Assembly (NCBI GenBank): GCA_964016885.1
Contig: OZ024741.1
Coordinates: 58,218,001 to 58,282,000 of the forward strand
Length of the DNA: 64,000 nt
DNA from: Eledone cirrhosa
Taxonomy: Eukaryota
Direction of reading: 5' to 3'
Part shown: positions 15,301-28,836 of the stretch, piece after piece
Layout: the number at the start of each line of letters is the position of its first letter
Position numbering within the stretch: the stretch's first letter is position 1
The notes under the pieces: generated by a model
The model's input: only the letters and a program-made list of their open reading frames with translations
Told to the model about the DNA's origin: nothing
Databases searched by the model: none
Position numbers and translations under genes: made by a program

Positions 15301-15683
15301 GTTGGTACGGACACATGATGCGCATGAAAGTCAATAGCTGTCTAACAAAGTGCAGGGCAATAAAGATAGACGGTAGCCACGGAATTGGCAGACCTAGAAA
15401 ATCCTGGGACGAGCTGATAAACTCCGACCTCACACACCTCTCCAAGACAATGTCACTGGACCAAGACCTTTGGCGGTACTCAGTAATAGAGAAGACCCGC
15501 CTTGCCAGTAGGCATCTCTAACAAAATACACTGTAGAAAACTGTCATCCAACTGTAGAAAACCTGCCAGACAGTCCTATGCGAGCAAGAAAATCACTCTT
15601 GCCTCAAGTGGGACTACCCCCGTCCAAACCCATGCAAGCGTGGAACACGGACGTTAAACGTTGATGATGATGATGATGATGAT
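12323..15683 (+). mobile_element. Near full-length RTE-clade LINE (APE-RT-PHD-like finger), frameshifted
   Basis: APE '[11 protein letters not shown]...VDVCCIQETRW...VISAYAPQ...GDLNGHVG'; RT 'FVDLEKAFDRVP...GVHQGSVLSPLLF...LLYADDL'; RTE C-terminus 'RRLRWYGH...GRPRKSW'; (GAT)7 tail. Confidence 0.96.
12465..15521 (+). pseudogene. RTE ORF (endonuclease/reverse transcriptase) broken by several indels and stops
   Basis: Track ORFs 12528-12854, 13399-14829 and 14772-15521 are consecutive pieces. A 14-bp tandem duplication near 12820-12847 causes one frameshift. Confidence 0.92.
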
Positions 15684-15850
15684 ATATATGTATATATATA
15701 TATATGTATGTATATATATATGTATGTATATATATATATGTATGTATATATATATATATCTATGTATATATATATGTATATATATATGTATGTATATATA
15801 TATATGTATGTATATATGTATATATATATATGTGTATATATATATATGTG

Positions 15851-15886
<36 letters not shown>
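15684..15886. repeat. (TA)/(TATG) microsatellite plus (GA)n
   Basis: Directly visible. Confidence 0.95.
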
Positions 15887-16082
15887 ACTAGTATATCTAC
15901 CCACATATGTGTACAGATGTACACCCATGCTAGCAAATATAATGTTATGTCTTAGTACCTTTGTGGTTCTATGCAGGGGGATGCAGAACAATTATATGAA
16001 AGACGTAAAATAAAAAAATTTTAGAAATTAAAAATTAACTTACTATTGTCCACGCATTGCCTGGGAACTTAGCTGAGAATAG

Positions 16083-16164
16083 ACTACCTGATGACGTAAG
16101 GAATTCTCTATAGTTATATTACGTAACTATATTTATCCCCTTACAGAAACTAATTAGTTGGAGT
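16083..16164 (+). ncRNA. Hammerhead ribozyme motif with extended stem II (PLE-LTR-derived repeat, ~15890-16222)
   Basis: actac-CTGATGA-c-GTAAGG...TATAGTTA-loop-TAACTATA...CCTTAC-a-GAA-ACTAATTAGT-T-ggagt. Perfect 10-nt palindromic stem III; one mismatch in stem I. Confidence 0.65.
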
Positions 16165-16220
16165 GAAAATTTTAGTAAGTAGGTTAATTATTAATTTTTA
16201 TAATTTTCTTATTTTACGTC

Positions 16221-16947
<727 letters not shown>

Positions 16948-17717
16948 CATATTCAAACAGAACTTAAAACGATAAGTTCTTGCTTTGGGATATGTCACTA
17001 TCTATAAAACAACTTTTGTATTTTATCTGGTGAGAGCATACCAAAAATTTTGGAAATATATATAATAAAATAAAAATGGTTTTATAAAGATAGTTTCCAT
17101 TTATTAATATTATTGATATTTTACTACAGAAGAAATTTGTAGAGTGCTTCAAATCTGTTATAAATAAATGTGTTGCATAACCAACAAATTAAATAACTCT
17201 TTGCTTACATATATACATATATATATATACGTCCACACATATTCTCACATATATACATTTAAGTAGACATATATATTTTTCCTTTCTCATAAATACATAT
17301 TTCCAGAATTTTATGAATATGCCATTTTTAAAACATTAGTAGAAACCAATTCCATGTGACTGTATTGGAATGTAACCAGTCTCCCTCTCTCCTCCTGCAA
17401 TACACAGTTTTAATCTCCCATGATGATTCAACAGTAAAGGATATTAACTTTTATCACACTCCTTAGCAGCTTTCTTATATATATTTCTATCACTAAGCCA
17501 ATTGTAAACCTATTGTTTCTATAGTTATATATATAGGAGGGAATTTCAATCACCAAGCCAATTTTCTATGCTAACCACCTCACTCCACTAAAAACTGTTG
17601 TTTCTACAGTCCTATAATCTTTTAACATATTTCTATTGCTTTCTATTACTTGATAGTTTTATTTTGTTTCTTTACATTATATATTTCTCTCTCTCTGTCT
17701 GTGTGTGTGTGTGTGTG

Positions 17718-17765
<48 letters not shown>

Positions 17766-18370
17766 TACTGATAGATGTATATACTCTAGTAGAAAATACC
17801 TGCCCAAAGTGCTATGCAATGGAGCTGAACTAGACAAAGCTCGTTAACCACACACACCCTTACCTGCACCGATACATTATATTTGCACCCCCACATGCCA
17901 CATGTTTTATTTTGGGGTTTTGTAGTGTATATAACACCATACTGTTAAACCTTTTGTTATCATATTTCCAATGAAAGCAATCAAGAATTGTTGGGAATTT
18001 AATAATATAACTAACTTTCTCATTAAGCTGATGTTTGGAACATAATTTGTCAAACGTTCCGACATAAAATTATAATTGTTTCTACTTTTGGCACAAGGCC
18101 AGCAATTATCCAGTGCATTACTGGTACTATATTTTATCGACCCCATAAGGATGAAAGGCAAAATTATAATGGAAGGTTTTAGGTATTTATTAACACATTA
18201 ACCATTTTATTATCATATTTCTAGTGTAAGACACTGCCTAGAGTATTGAAACTAATCAAGAATTTGGAGGGATTTGGTAAAAACAACTTTCTCATTAAGC
18301 TAGATTTGGAATATTAAAATTTTTACATAAAATTACAATGGAAGAGTTTTATATATATATATATATAATA

Positions 18371-18595
18371 TGGCCGACTGAAAATGTGCAAGTGTTTTTT
18401 TTCTCATTTTCCCCGTTCTTTCCTCTCATCAATACTTTCTATTTATCTTCTATTTCTAACTCTATCTTCTGATGAAGGACTAGAGTACGAAACGTTAAGA
18501 CTATCTTCCTGCTATTTCAAGCATTAATCTAATATATTTCTTCCATGTACTGTGCTGTTTGTTTTGTTATTTTTTTATTACGTTTACATACATTT
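18371..18595 (+). mobile_element. Short hammerhead-containing PLE-derived repeat (family shared with 54032-54225)
   Basis: Shares 'atggc.gac', 'ctatttctaac', 'ctgatgaaggact', 'cctgctatttcaagcattaa' and 'gtactgtg' with 54032-54225. TA-flanked. Confidence 0.7.
18465..18500 (+). ncRNA. Minimal hammerhead ribozyme
   Basis: tctt-CTGATGA-a-GGAC-taga-GTAC-GAA-ACGT-T-aaga. Stem I is tctt/aaga, stem III is the ACGT palindrome, and stem II has one mismatch. Confidence 0.72.
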
Positions 18596-19150
18596 ATATA
18601 TGCGTGTTTGTGTATATATATATTAAACAATCTAAATAAACAGTTTGTGTTGTAGAACCAGGGGCAGTTTAACAGGGGTTAAAATCCAGTTAAATAAATC
18701 ATACCAACAACTGAACACTGATTTTTCTCACATTTCCAAAGAAATCCCAAGTTTTATATTAGTTGAAAACTAAAAAAGCTTGTTGTCTGTATGCAAAATA
18801 TATTTATTTAGCAGGTATGGTGACTACTTGCAGGCTGACATTGGCAAGGTGCCCGTCTTTCAACCACTACTACTTTATATAAAGGTGAGATAAATCTATA
18901 TTTGTGCAGGTAACTAACTGCTGCTGGATCATTAAATTCTTACTAATTTCTTATTAGTTACATATGTTTCACTTCAGTTTATACTGAATCACATTTGGCA
19001 GACAATATGAGGAAGATTGAGATATAATCTCAATATCAATGAGGGTGTGTTTTATGTTAATGAGACATAAAGTCAGTCAAAAGTTATCTGCATGAGCACT
19101 CAATACATAATTAATGTCTACATTTTTTACTTGTAGAAAAATAAACAACA

Positions 19151-19290
19151 CTTTTGTTACCACATTTCTTATTAAAGACCTTGCCTATAATTCTCAATTA
19201 ATTTTGAGAATAATCAAATTCATGATTATTTTCAAAATGACTTGAAAACCATAGGCAGTGTCATTAGAAATATGGCGAAGAAAGGGTTAA
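19151..19290. mobile_element. Palindromic MITE of the piggyBac-like (TTAA-CCCTTT) family
   Basis: The two halves are inverted copies of the terminal motif and end in 'aaagggttaa'. Confidence 0.55.
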
Positions 19291-20279
19291 TATCTCTAGA
19301 GTCACTCTTAATGTTTCATATTCCATTGGTTTTATAAACTACTCTGTAACTATTCATCTAATTATAACATCATCAAACATCAATGGAATTCAATGCTGTG
19401 TGAATGGTAGACAAAAGTAGTGTTCAAAAGACTTCATACAATCTATATACAACTATCACCAGATTCTGGTTTAGTGACAGCCAAGCAGTTTCAAAGGGAA
19501 ATATTCTGCTAAATGTCTCTTGCCTATATATGTAATGTTTATCTTTTCATCACAGAGTGTCTTTCATTAGAAATATGGTGACAAAAGGATTAAAGTATTT
19601 ATCTAAAAGCATTCCATCATAATTTTATGTAAGAACATTTATATTCCAAATACCAGCTTAATAATGAGAAAGTTATTTATATTACTAAACCGGTACAAAT
19701 CTTTATTATTTTCAAAATAATTTTAAAACCATAGGCAGGATCTTTCATTAGAAATAATGAAAGAGTAAAATCCACTACCTATGAGTTATGGAATAATATC
19801 CTGTTAGAGGAAATTCACTGTACCCTACTTTATCATAAACTGTAGAACACAATATAATCCCCCAGGTGCACTGTCTAAAGTGTGGGAACTTATATAAGCA
19901 AAGTGAGGTCCCGGCACATCTAAGACATAAGTGGTTTCAATAAAGTATTGACTTGATCTATGACAAGCTTTGCTAGCAGGGAGAACAGACATTAAATAAT
20001 GATGATGACGATGATGGCTTACTTCTTACACTTCTAAGCTATCTGTAGACTGGTTGAGAAAGAAGAACTAAATTATATTTATGATACATCTAGTTTGGTG
20101 GTTTACCATGTTGAAATTGTATTCACTTATACAAAGACTGGATGAAAGAATAGAGTTAGTGAACATAATTGAATGAATACGCATGCATGCACATACACAC
20201 AAATATACATGCATACATACACACATAAATTCATCCATAAATACACACACAGAAAGCCATTATTTTAAGTAGTCATATA

Positions 20280-20661
<382 letters not shown>

Positions 20662-21323
20662 GACTTCTACAGAGAAAAGCCATTATTGTGAGGTGTTCCT
20701 TTCTAGTTGAAAACTCCAAAGTACATTATGTTCATAATGTACCAATAACCGTGATTATTCTCTAGCTTTTGTTATTCCACAACTTAAACTGCTAACTGAA
20801 GTCACTGAAGATACTAAATAAATGTTAAATATATGGAAATTCTAGGGTTAAACTTTTTATTGATAAACAATAAATTCCAGTTCAGAATATTAACTTTATT
20901 TTTGTTGGCATTGTTGTTGATATTATTATCATTATTATTATTATTTCTTTTGCAGTTTATTACCATTTCTATAATGTCACTTATTTAGCAGATTTACAAA
21001 AATCAATAATATTCAAATTCAATTTATTCGAAATCTGTTTTCCTTGGTACATTATCTTCCCCCACCCACACCACCTTCTCTATCTATATATCTGTCTATC
21101 TATATATATATATTTCTCTCTAGCTCTTGTTAGATCTCGCCCCTCTCTCTCTCTCACACACATATATATATATATATAATTTATGTGTGTGTGTGTATAG
21201 AGAGAGAGAGAGAGAGAGAGAGAGATATGGATAGAGATTTAAATAGATCAGGATTGCCAGTTTTAAACTGCTAAGACCATTTATTCAGCAGAGAACTCAA
21301 TACTTGGGATAGTAAAGTATAAA

Positions 21324-21436
21324 TATATGAGAGAGTTGGGGGCCTGATGGCTGAGTTTTTGCTTGTTTCAACAAATTCCAGACAGGAATTTGCTGTCAAA
21401 ATGGCAAGAGCTCAACTATTGGACCCCGACTCTCTA

Positions 21437-21440
<4 letters not shown>
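21324..21440. repeat. Degenerate ~115-bp palindromic element (family of 54232-54350)
   Basis: Arms 'gagagttggggg.ctgatggctgagt...aaattcc' and 'ggaattt...gagctcaactattggaccccgactctc'. Confidence 0.6.
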
Positions 21441-21483
<43 letters not shown>

Positions 21484-21485
21484 TA

Positions 21486-21637
21486 TCATCATCATCATCA
21501 TCGTTTAATGTCTATCTTCCACGCTAGCATGGGAATTGTCCCACTTGAAGCAAGATTGGTTGGGTGACCGTGTCTCGCTCGTATAGGACTATCTGGCAGG
21601 TTTTCTACGGCTGGATGCCCTTCCTAACACCAACCAC
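21486..21637 (-). mobile_element. RTE 3' UTR/tail fragment
   Basis: Matches the reverse complement of 11130-11276. Confidence 0.8.
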
Positions 21638-22519
21638 AGATATATATATATATATTATTTTAACATGTAGCTAACTGACCAGGGATGTGCAATCCACATT
21701 CTAGTTGGTCGGCTGTAATGCAGATAAAATGAAGAGCTCAATATGTGTAAATGGTACAAACCAGAGCATTAAATACATTGAAGGCCATATAACAGTTGTA
21801 TTCAGGTTTATTTTCATCTCCATGATACATATTTCACTGAGGTTGATAGCTAATGTTTCTTCCCATCCATTCCACCAGCCTCAGCTTGTCAGATGGTATA
21901 AAAATATTCAAACAATTTCATACAACTTAAACATTTTTTAAAAAATTCTCTCAAAAAAATTCATCATGGAGATGGGAATAAACCTGAATATAGCCATGTG
22001 TGTGTGTGTGTGTGCGTGCGCGCGTGTGTGTGTGTGTCTAGTGTGTGTTAATTAGATCGATAGAACAGCCTGCTCATGAAATCAACATTCAAGTGGCTGA
22101 GCATTCCCCAGACATGTGCACCCTTGATGTAATTCCAAGTAATATTCAGCGTAATGGTGTGTGTGACAAGGCTGGACCTTTGAATTTCAGATATAACCAT
22201 TTTTTTTTCTAGTAGAATGGACTGGAGCCTTATGAAATAAAGTGTCTTGCTGAAGGACACAACGTGTCACCAGGATACAAATTCCTGACTTTACAATCAT
22301 GAGCTGAATAGCCTAACCTCTATCTAAGCCACATGATTTAACTATATATATATATTATATATATAACTTGTAAGTTGCATAGTTTTTGTGCATGCAATTC
22401 GGGCAGTGTTCTGAGAGTCTATTGAGTAAGGGTTCTTTGGTGAATAGTATTTTGTAACTCTCAGAAATGTGAAAAAGGTAAAGGTCAGAAGAGTGCTGTA
22501 TGTTTAGTACAGAGCTATT

Positions 22520-22718
22520 TAATTATGTAATAAACAACACGATATAATTATCCCATTACCCAAAGTATCACAACGTTAGACAATTCTAACAGAAACGTCT
22601 GGATCCAAAATAAAGATTATATCTGATGAACGGTATCAGACGTTTCTGTTAGAATCGTCTAACTTCATGATACCTTGGGTAATTGAATAATTACATTGTG
22701 TTGTTTATTACATAATTA
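22520..22718. repeat. Fold-back inverted repeat, ~80-bp arms with a 35-nt spacer
   Basis: 22520-22601 pairs with 22637-22718; the core 'ttctaacagaaacgtctg/cagacgtttctgttagaa' is perfect. Confidence 0.9.
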
Positions 22719-22732
22719 TATATACATATATA

Positions 22733-23052
22733 AGGTGGAGCATTGGCCTTGCAATTGAAAGGTTGTGAATTCAATTCTCAGACTGGGTGGTGTGTTGTTT
22801 CCTTGAGCAAGACACTTTATTTCATATTGCTCCAGTTTACTCAGCTGTAGAAATAAGATGATAGGGACTGGGGTCCATATCATTCCACTGCAAAGTGGTC
22901 ATGGTGGTGCCACGGCAAAAAAGCACCCAGCACTCACTGTAAATGAGGTTGGTGTTAGGAAGGGCATCCAGCTGTAGAAATCAAGCCAGACAGTTCCTGT
23001 CCCACCCTTGCAAGCAGGGAAAAGCGGACGTAAAATGTTGATGATGATGATA
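22733..23052 (+). mobile_element. tRNA-type SINE head followed by an RTE-derived 3' tail
   Basis: Degenerate B box 'gaattcaattc' and central 'gtgttgtttccttgagcaagacactttatttc'. 22899-23052 matches the RTE 3' UTR and (GAT)n tail. Confidence 0.65.
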
Positions 23053-23619
23053 AGGTGTATGGATGAATGGTTAGAGAACTGGATTTGCAATCGTGAGGTT
23101 GTCAGTTAAAAATAAACCCTGTCAACAATGTAATGGGGTTGGTGTTATGAAGGACATACAGTTGTGGAAACCAAGACAAAATATAAATTCCGATGAGCAA
23201 GATGTGGTCACCTGACTTGATATATTTCATAATGTGACAACCCATCTAACCCATGCAAGTGTGGAAAAATAGACATTAAATAGTGAATATGATGATCACA
23301 CACACACACACACATATAGTGTATTGGTGTGTAATGTTCAGTTACTGATGGTTCACCAGGTTGAGCACTCAATAATAATATGTAGATCCGGCTACCAATG
23401 TGTGACTACGTTTGTCTTGTTATCTATAACAAGCAGGTTGTTTATAAGAAGTGGGAATGAAGTATCAATATATATATAAATATGTCTCCCTCACCACAGG
23501 TAAGTAGCATATAGCCTACACCCCCGATCCCATTAGTGCCATCCAGCCTGATCAAGGAGAGACTGACCACCTAAGAGGTAGTGCTGATGCCATGATGAAA
23601 TGCACTAGACCCACTCAGC

Positions 23620-24370
23620 AAAGTGATAGTGTTGGTGCCATTCTAAAAGCACCCAGTCCATCTTATAAGGTGTTCATGCCAGAGTCACAATAAAATGCTC
23701 CCAATCCACACTGTAAAGTAGTTGGCATTAAAAAAAGAATCCAATCATAGAAACCAAGTCAAAAACAGAGCATGTTAGCAAGATGTAGTCACCTGACCAA
23801 TCTGGCCTCAGTACTTGATAGCATGTTTAATCGATGCAGGCATAGAAAATAACAGCTAAACAGGGATGATGATGATGATGATATTAAGAGATAATTAATT
23901 GAAATACAATGGCTTTCATTAGAAATATGGTCAAGAAAGAGTTAAATATGTTTGCTCATTACTGATTGCATTACAGAGTAATAATTTCATTCCTATTCTA
24001 ATAATTTTTCCAAAGCCCATCCTTAAAAGAATTTAAAAAATTAAATGAAGAAACCAAATTATAACTATATACTCTGTGAAGTTGTTGACAAATGAATGAA
24101 TACAATGTAAAGATAAATACACCAACAGTACCACTCTGTAGAGTGATAGTTTTGGTGCAACAATAAAATGTACCTAGTACCTGCTGTAAAGCGGTAGTGC
24201 TGGTGCCATGATAAAATACACCTAGTACATTCTGTAAAGTTGTCATACTAGTACCATGATAAAATTCACTCAATAGACTCTGTAAAGTAGTAGTGCTAAT
24301 ATCACAAAAAAATGCACCTAATACACCCTGTAAAGTGACTGGTGTTGGGAAGAGTATCCAGCTTTAGAAA
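23620..24370 (+). mobile_element. Cluster of degenerate RTE-tail SINE fragments with tandem ~48-bp units
   Basis: Recurrent 'ggtgcca...aaaagcacccagtacac.ctgtaaagt' units and 'ggcatccagctgtagaaa'-like motifs. Confidence 0.6.
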
Positions 24371-26349
24371 GCATGCCTGAATGGAATATGTAACAGATAC
24401 ATTTGTGTATGTGGTTGTTCTCACTACAGTAAAATGGTGAATGATGATGATGTGTATTGGTTGTAGATAATTGCGATAGGTAACCAATGTGTACATCCGT
24501 TGGAAAATGAATGTGTTTTATCCAAGAGCAAAGTGACTTCCCCTATCACATTGCTAGGTTTATGGAAGAAGAACGAAAACACCCGCTACTTTTATAGGAG
24601 ATTTATTACAAAGTATTTCACAACGGAAACACATTAACATTTTGTTATAGACAAAAGAGATGAACAACAAACAACAGGAAAAGAATGTGTTGCATGCGGA
24701 ATATGTGTGTGTGCAATGATGCAAGATAACTTGCCTTTTGGCTGCTATTTCTAGTGGCCCTGCCAACAGGCAGGGTGGAGAAATATTGCCTGTGACTTAC
24801 ACGGCTCTGGTATGTTGAATCAACTTTGATGATGTGTTGAAATGCAGAAGGAAGAATGTTGCAGGGCCCTTGTCGAAAGGGCCAAAGTGTTTTGCTCAGT
24901 ACTACATCTTGCTAGTTGCTTGAACAGGTCGATCTGATGTGCTTCTTTCCAGAGACTAGAGTAGACTGACTGAAATCAAAAGCTATTTTCTCTTCACCTC
25001 AAACTGACCTGAGACTCCAGACAAACTGATGCCAATCCAGATAACAGAGAACATGACAGTTAGGTGCCATCCAGAGTCAGTGTGTGAAGATAATTTTGCT
25101 ACAAATACACCTGTGATACACTCCTACAATCAATCCAGGAGGGCAGTAAATCCAAGTATGAACTGACTCGGACAACTGACAACCTATCCAACCCATACAT
25201 GCAAAGAAAGCTAGATGATGATAAACACAAACACACAAATATATCAAGTTTGGCATGCCAACTTGATAAACTGCTAATGAAAGAAAAAACTTACTGAAAT
25301 AGAATGGATATGTATTTAGACATTATAAATATTAATCATGTTTTGCAAATATATTATTTAGAAAAAAAAAATGTTTTTAAAAATTCTAAAAAAAAACAAA
25401 CTTTTAAAATGTTATTCTGTTGTGTGTGTTTTCTAACATCATCTTCAATACATGGCAGCACCTTGTCTGCTGTATTACAGTCACTATAGTAACATGTGAT
25501 TGGTGGGCACTTATCTAGAATGTATGTCACTGGCTACTTTTGAATTCAATTAGGACTACTACTCCTACCACCACCACTACTACTGCCACTACTATTATTA
25601 CCACAACCAACACGATCACTACTACTGCTACCAATACCACCAACACTTCTACTCCCACTACCACTCCTATCACTACTACTACTACCACCATTAATGTGCT
25701 CTATCCAACTGCATAACACCTTAGGCAAGTATGTTTTAATGTAGCCTAGGCTAACCAATGCCTTTTGAATGAATTTGGTAGACAGAAACTATGCAGAAAC
25801 TCATCTTCTAACTCCTCAACAATGGAATATTTTAGACATGGATAAATCCATAGTGGAGTATTTGATGACAGGAAAGATACCATCTTGTAAAAAAAAACAA
25901 AAAAAAAAACTACTCATTCAAACAATTTCATTGAAATTTACATCAAAACCATCAGTCCTGCATTAAGCCAACAAGAAAATACATCATCATCCCCACCATT
26001 GCCGCCGCCACTGTGTTCATCACCCATATGCATCACATGTCCATACTGGTGCACTCTTTTCTCACTTCATTTACATCCCCACCATTCCTGCATCCTAACA
26101 TTACACATTGTACTGTTTCATAAATGTCAAACTTACCAAGTACAGAGAACAACAGCTAATTCATCATACCATTTCATAAATACTAAACATATTAAGTGCA
26201 TAGATCATCTTCAAAGGAAGACAAACAGCAGATCCATGTACATCAAAACATGTAATAATATGACAAAACAGGAAAATGTTTTTGGGGGGAGGAGGTGGGG
26301 TTAATTTCTCCCTAGTATTGCAATGGAGTAGTGCTGACACTACTCTATG

Positions 26350-26930
26350 TTAATGTTAGTGGTAGTACTGGTGCCACAATAAAAAGCACCCAGTACACAG
26401 TACACAATGTAAAGTGGTGGTGCTGGTGCCAATGATAAAAAAGCACTCAGTCCCTCTTGTTAGGTGGTAGTGCTGGTCTCATGATTATATGCACCTAGTA
26501 CACACTGTAAAGTAGTTGGCATTGTGAAGAGTGTCCAACCTTAGAAACTTTGCATAAAATAGAAAGTATGAATTAGATATGGTTACCTCACTGGTCAAGC
26601 CTCAGAATGTAACAACCAATTTAATCCATGCCATGATGAAATAGACCCAGTACACTGTGTAAAGTGGTTGATAAATGAGTGGAAAGGACCCCTTAGTATT
26701 GGTGATGACATAAAACCTCCAGTGTTTCAGCCATAATAAAATGCACCCACCAGACACTCTAAAAGTGGTGGATGTTAGTAATAACATCTAGCTGGGGTAA
26801 ACCATGCCTAAAATGGAATGTGAGAGTGAGACACAATGTTCTGACCCATCTGAATCAATAGTAACTCCAGATACTGACGTGGACTCTAACTCATCTAACC
26901 CATTCTAGCACTGAAAGAGGAGGTAAAATT
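26350..26930 (+). mobile_element. Degenerate RTE-tail SINE copies
   Basis: Same units as above, ending in 'catctaacccattctagca...aaaattatgatgat'. Confidence 0.6.
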
Positions 26931-28290
26931 ATGATGATAACGACAGCAGTGATGGTGATGATGACAGTGATGGTGATGGCGATGACGACAATGATAGTGA
27001 TGACGACGATGATGGTGATGACGACAGTTATGGTGATGGCAATGCCTACAGTGGGGGTGATGGCAATGGTGACAATGATGGTGATGGCAATGATGGTGAT
27101 GGCAATGACGACAGTGATGGTGATGGCAATGATAACAGTGATGGTGATGGCAATGATGACAATGATGGCAATGATGACAATGATGGTGATGGCAATGGTG
27201 ACAGTGATGGTGATGGCAATGATGACAATGATGGTGATGGCAATGATGGCAATGATGGTGATGGCAATGATGACAATGATGGTGATGGCAATGATGACAA
27301 TGATGGTGATGGCAATGATGACAATGATGGTGATGGCAATGGTGACAGTGATGGTGATGGCAATGATGACAATGATGGTGATGGCAATGGTGACAGTGAT
27401 GGCGATGGCAATGATGACAATGGTGACAGTGATGGTGATGGCAATGATGACAATGATGGTGATGGCAATGATGACAGTGATGGTGATGGCAATGGCAATG
27501 ACGACAGTGATGGTGATGGCAATGACGACAGTGATGGTGATGGCAATGATGACAATGATGGTGATGACAATGACGGTGATGGCAATGACGACAATGACGG
27601 TGATGGCAATGACGACAATGATGGTGATGGCAATGATGACAATGATGGTTATGGCAATGATAACTGTGATGGCAATGGCAATGACGACAGTGATGGTGAT
27701 GGCAATGATGGTGATGGCAATGACGACAGTGATGGTGATGGCAATGATAACAGTGATGGTGATGGCAATGATGACAATGATGGTGATGGCAATGGTGACA
27801 GTGATGGCGATGGCAATGATGACAATGGTGACAGTGATGGTGATGGCAATGATAACAGTGATGGTGATGGCAATGATGACAATGATGGTGATGGCAATGA
27901 TGACAATGATGGTGATGGCAATGGTGACAGTGATGGTGATGGCAATGATGACAGTGATGGTGATGGCAATGATGACAGTGATGGTGATGGCAATGATGAC
28001 AATGATGGTGATGGCAATGGTGACAGTGATGGTGATGGCAATGATGACAATGATGGTGATGGCAATGATGGCAATGATGGTGATGGCAATGATGACAATG
28101 ATGGTGATGGCAATGATGACAATGATGGTGATGGCAATGATGACAATGATGGTGATGGCAATGGTGACAGTGATGGCGATGGCAATGATGACAATGGTGA
28201 CAGTGATGGTGATGGCAATGACGACAATGACGGTGATGGCAATGACGACAATGACGGTGATGGCAATGATGACAGTGATGTTAATGACAA
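26931..28290. repeat. GAT-derived minisatellite, consensus 24-mer GATGGTGATGGCAATGATGACAAT
   Basis: Directly visible. The triplet periodicity leaves five of six frames largely open. Confidence 0.97.
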
Positions 28291-28792
28291 CGAGTTTAAA
28301 ATCTGTTATGCATGTATGCACATATACACATTTACAAATGCATAGACACACACGATAAGAAGAAATAATAGTGCTGATGATGATGATAATTAAATGAATA
28401 AGATATTTTGTAATTAAAAGTATATCTGTAAGTGAGATTTCTTATTTCGAACATTAAACAAAGACACTATTCTATTTACCCCTCAAATAGGAAGTTTTAT
28501 AGCTCAGCACCAACCTTCTGCTCCCGTAGTTTTAAAATAGAAATTATATCAATGCTACCATTATAGAAAATGTCTTAGAAGTTATTTTATTTTTATCTTT
28601 TCTTATTTATTAGATCCATGTTTGATATAAATTATAAAACCATTTTATTCACATGAACAGCAAGAAGAACATGATTGCCATTTAGAAGAAAGAATATGCA
28701 TATATTATGTGTTTCTGTGTGTATGTTTATAACCCTGCCCAGCATGGAAAAACGGATGTTAAATGATGATGCATAAACGTGTATAAAAAAAG

Positions 28793-28836
<44 letters not shown>

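Noticed and set aside
18814-18883. Possible plus-strand exon (AG...GT, YGDYLQADIGKVPVFQPLLLYIK)
   Set aside because: No recognisable homology or partner exons; it may be a repeat remnant.
20745-20805. Short minus-strand AG-to-stop frames here and near 33350-33390
   Set aside because: Expected by chance in AT-rich DNA; no supporting evidence.
26891-28358. 475-486 aa Met/Val- or Ile-rich ORFs and (SPSLSSLP)n ORFs
   Set aside because: By-products of a triplet-based minisatellite open in five frames; no gene structure.
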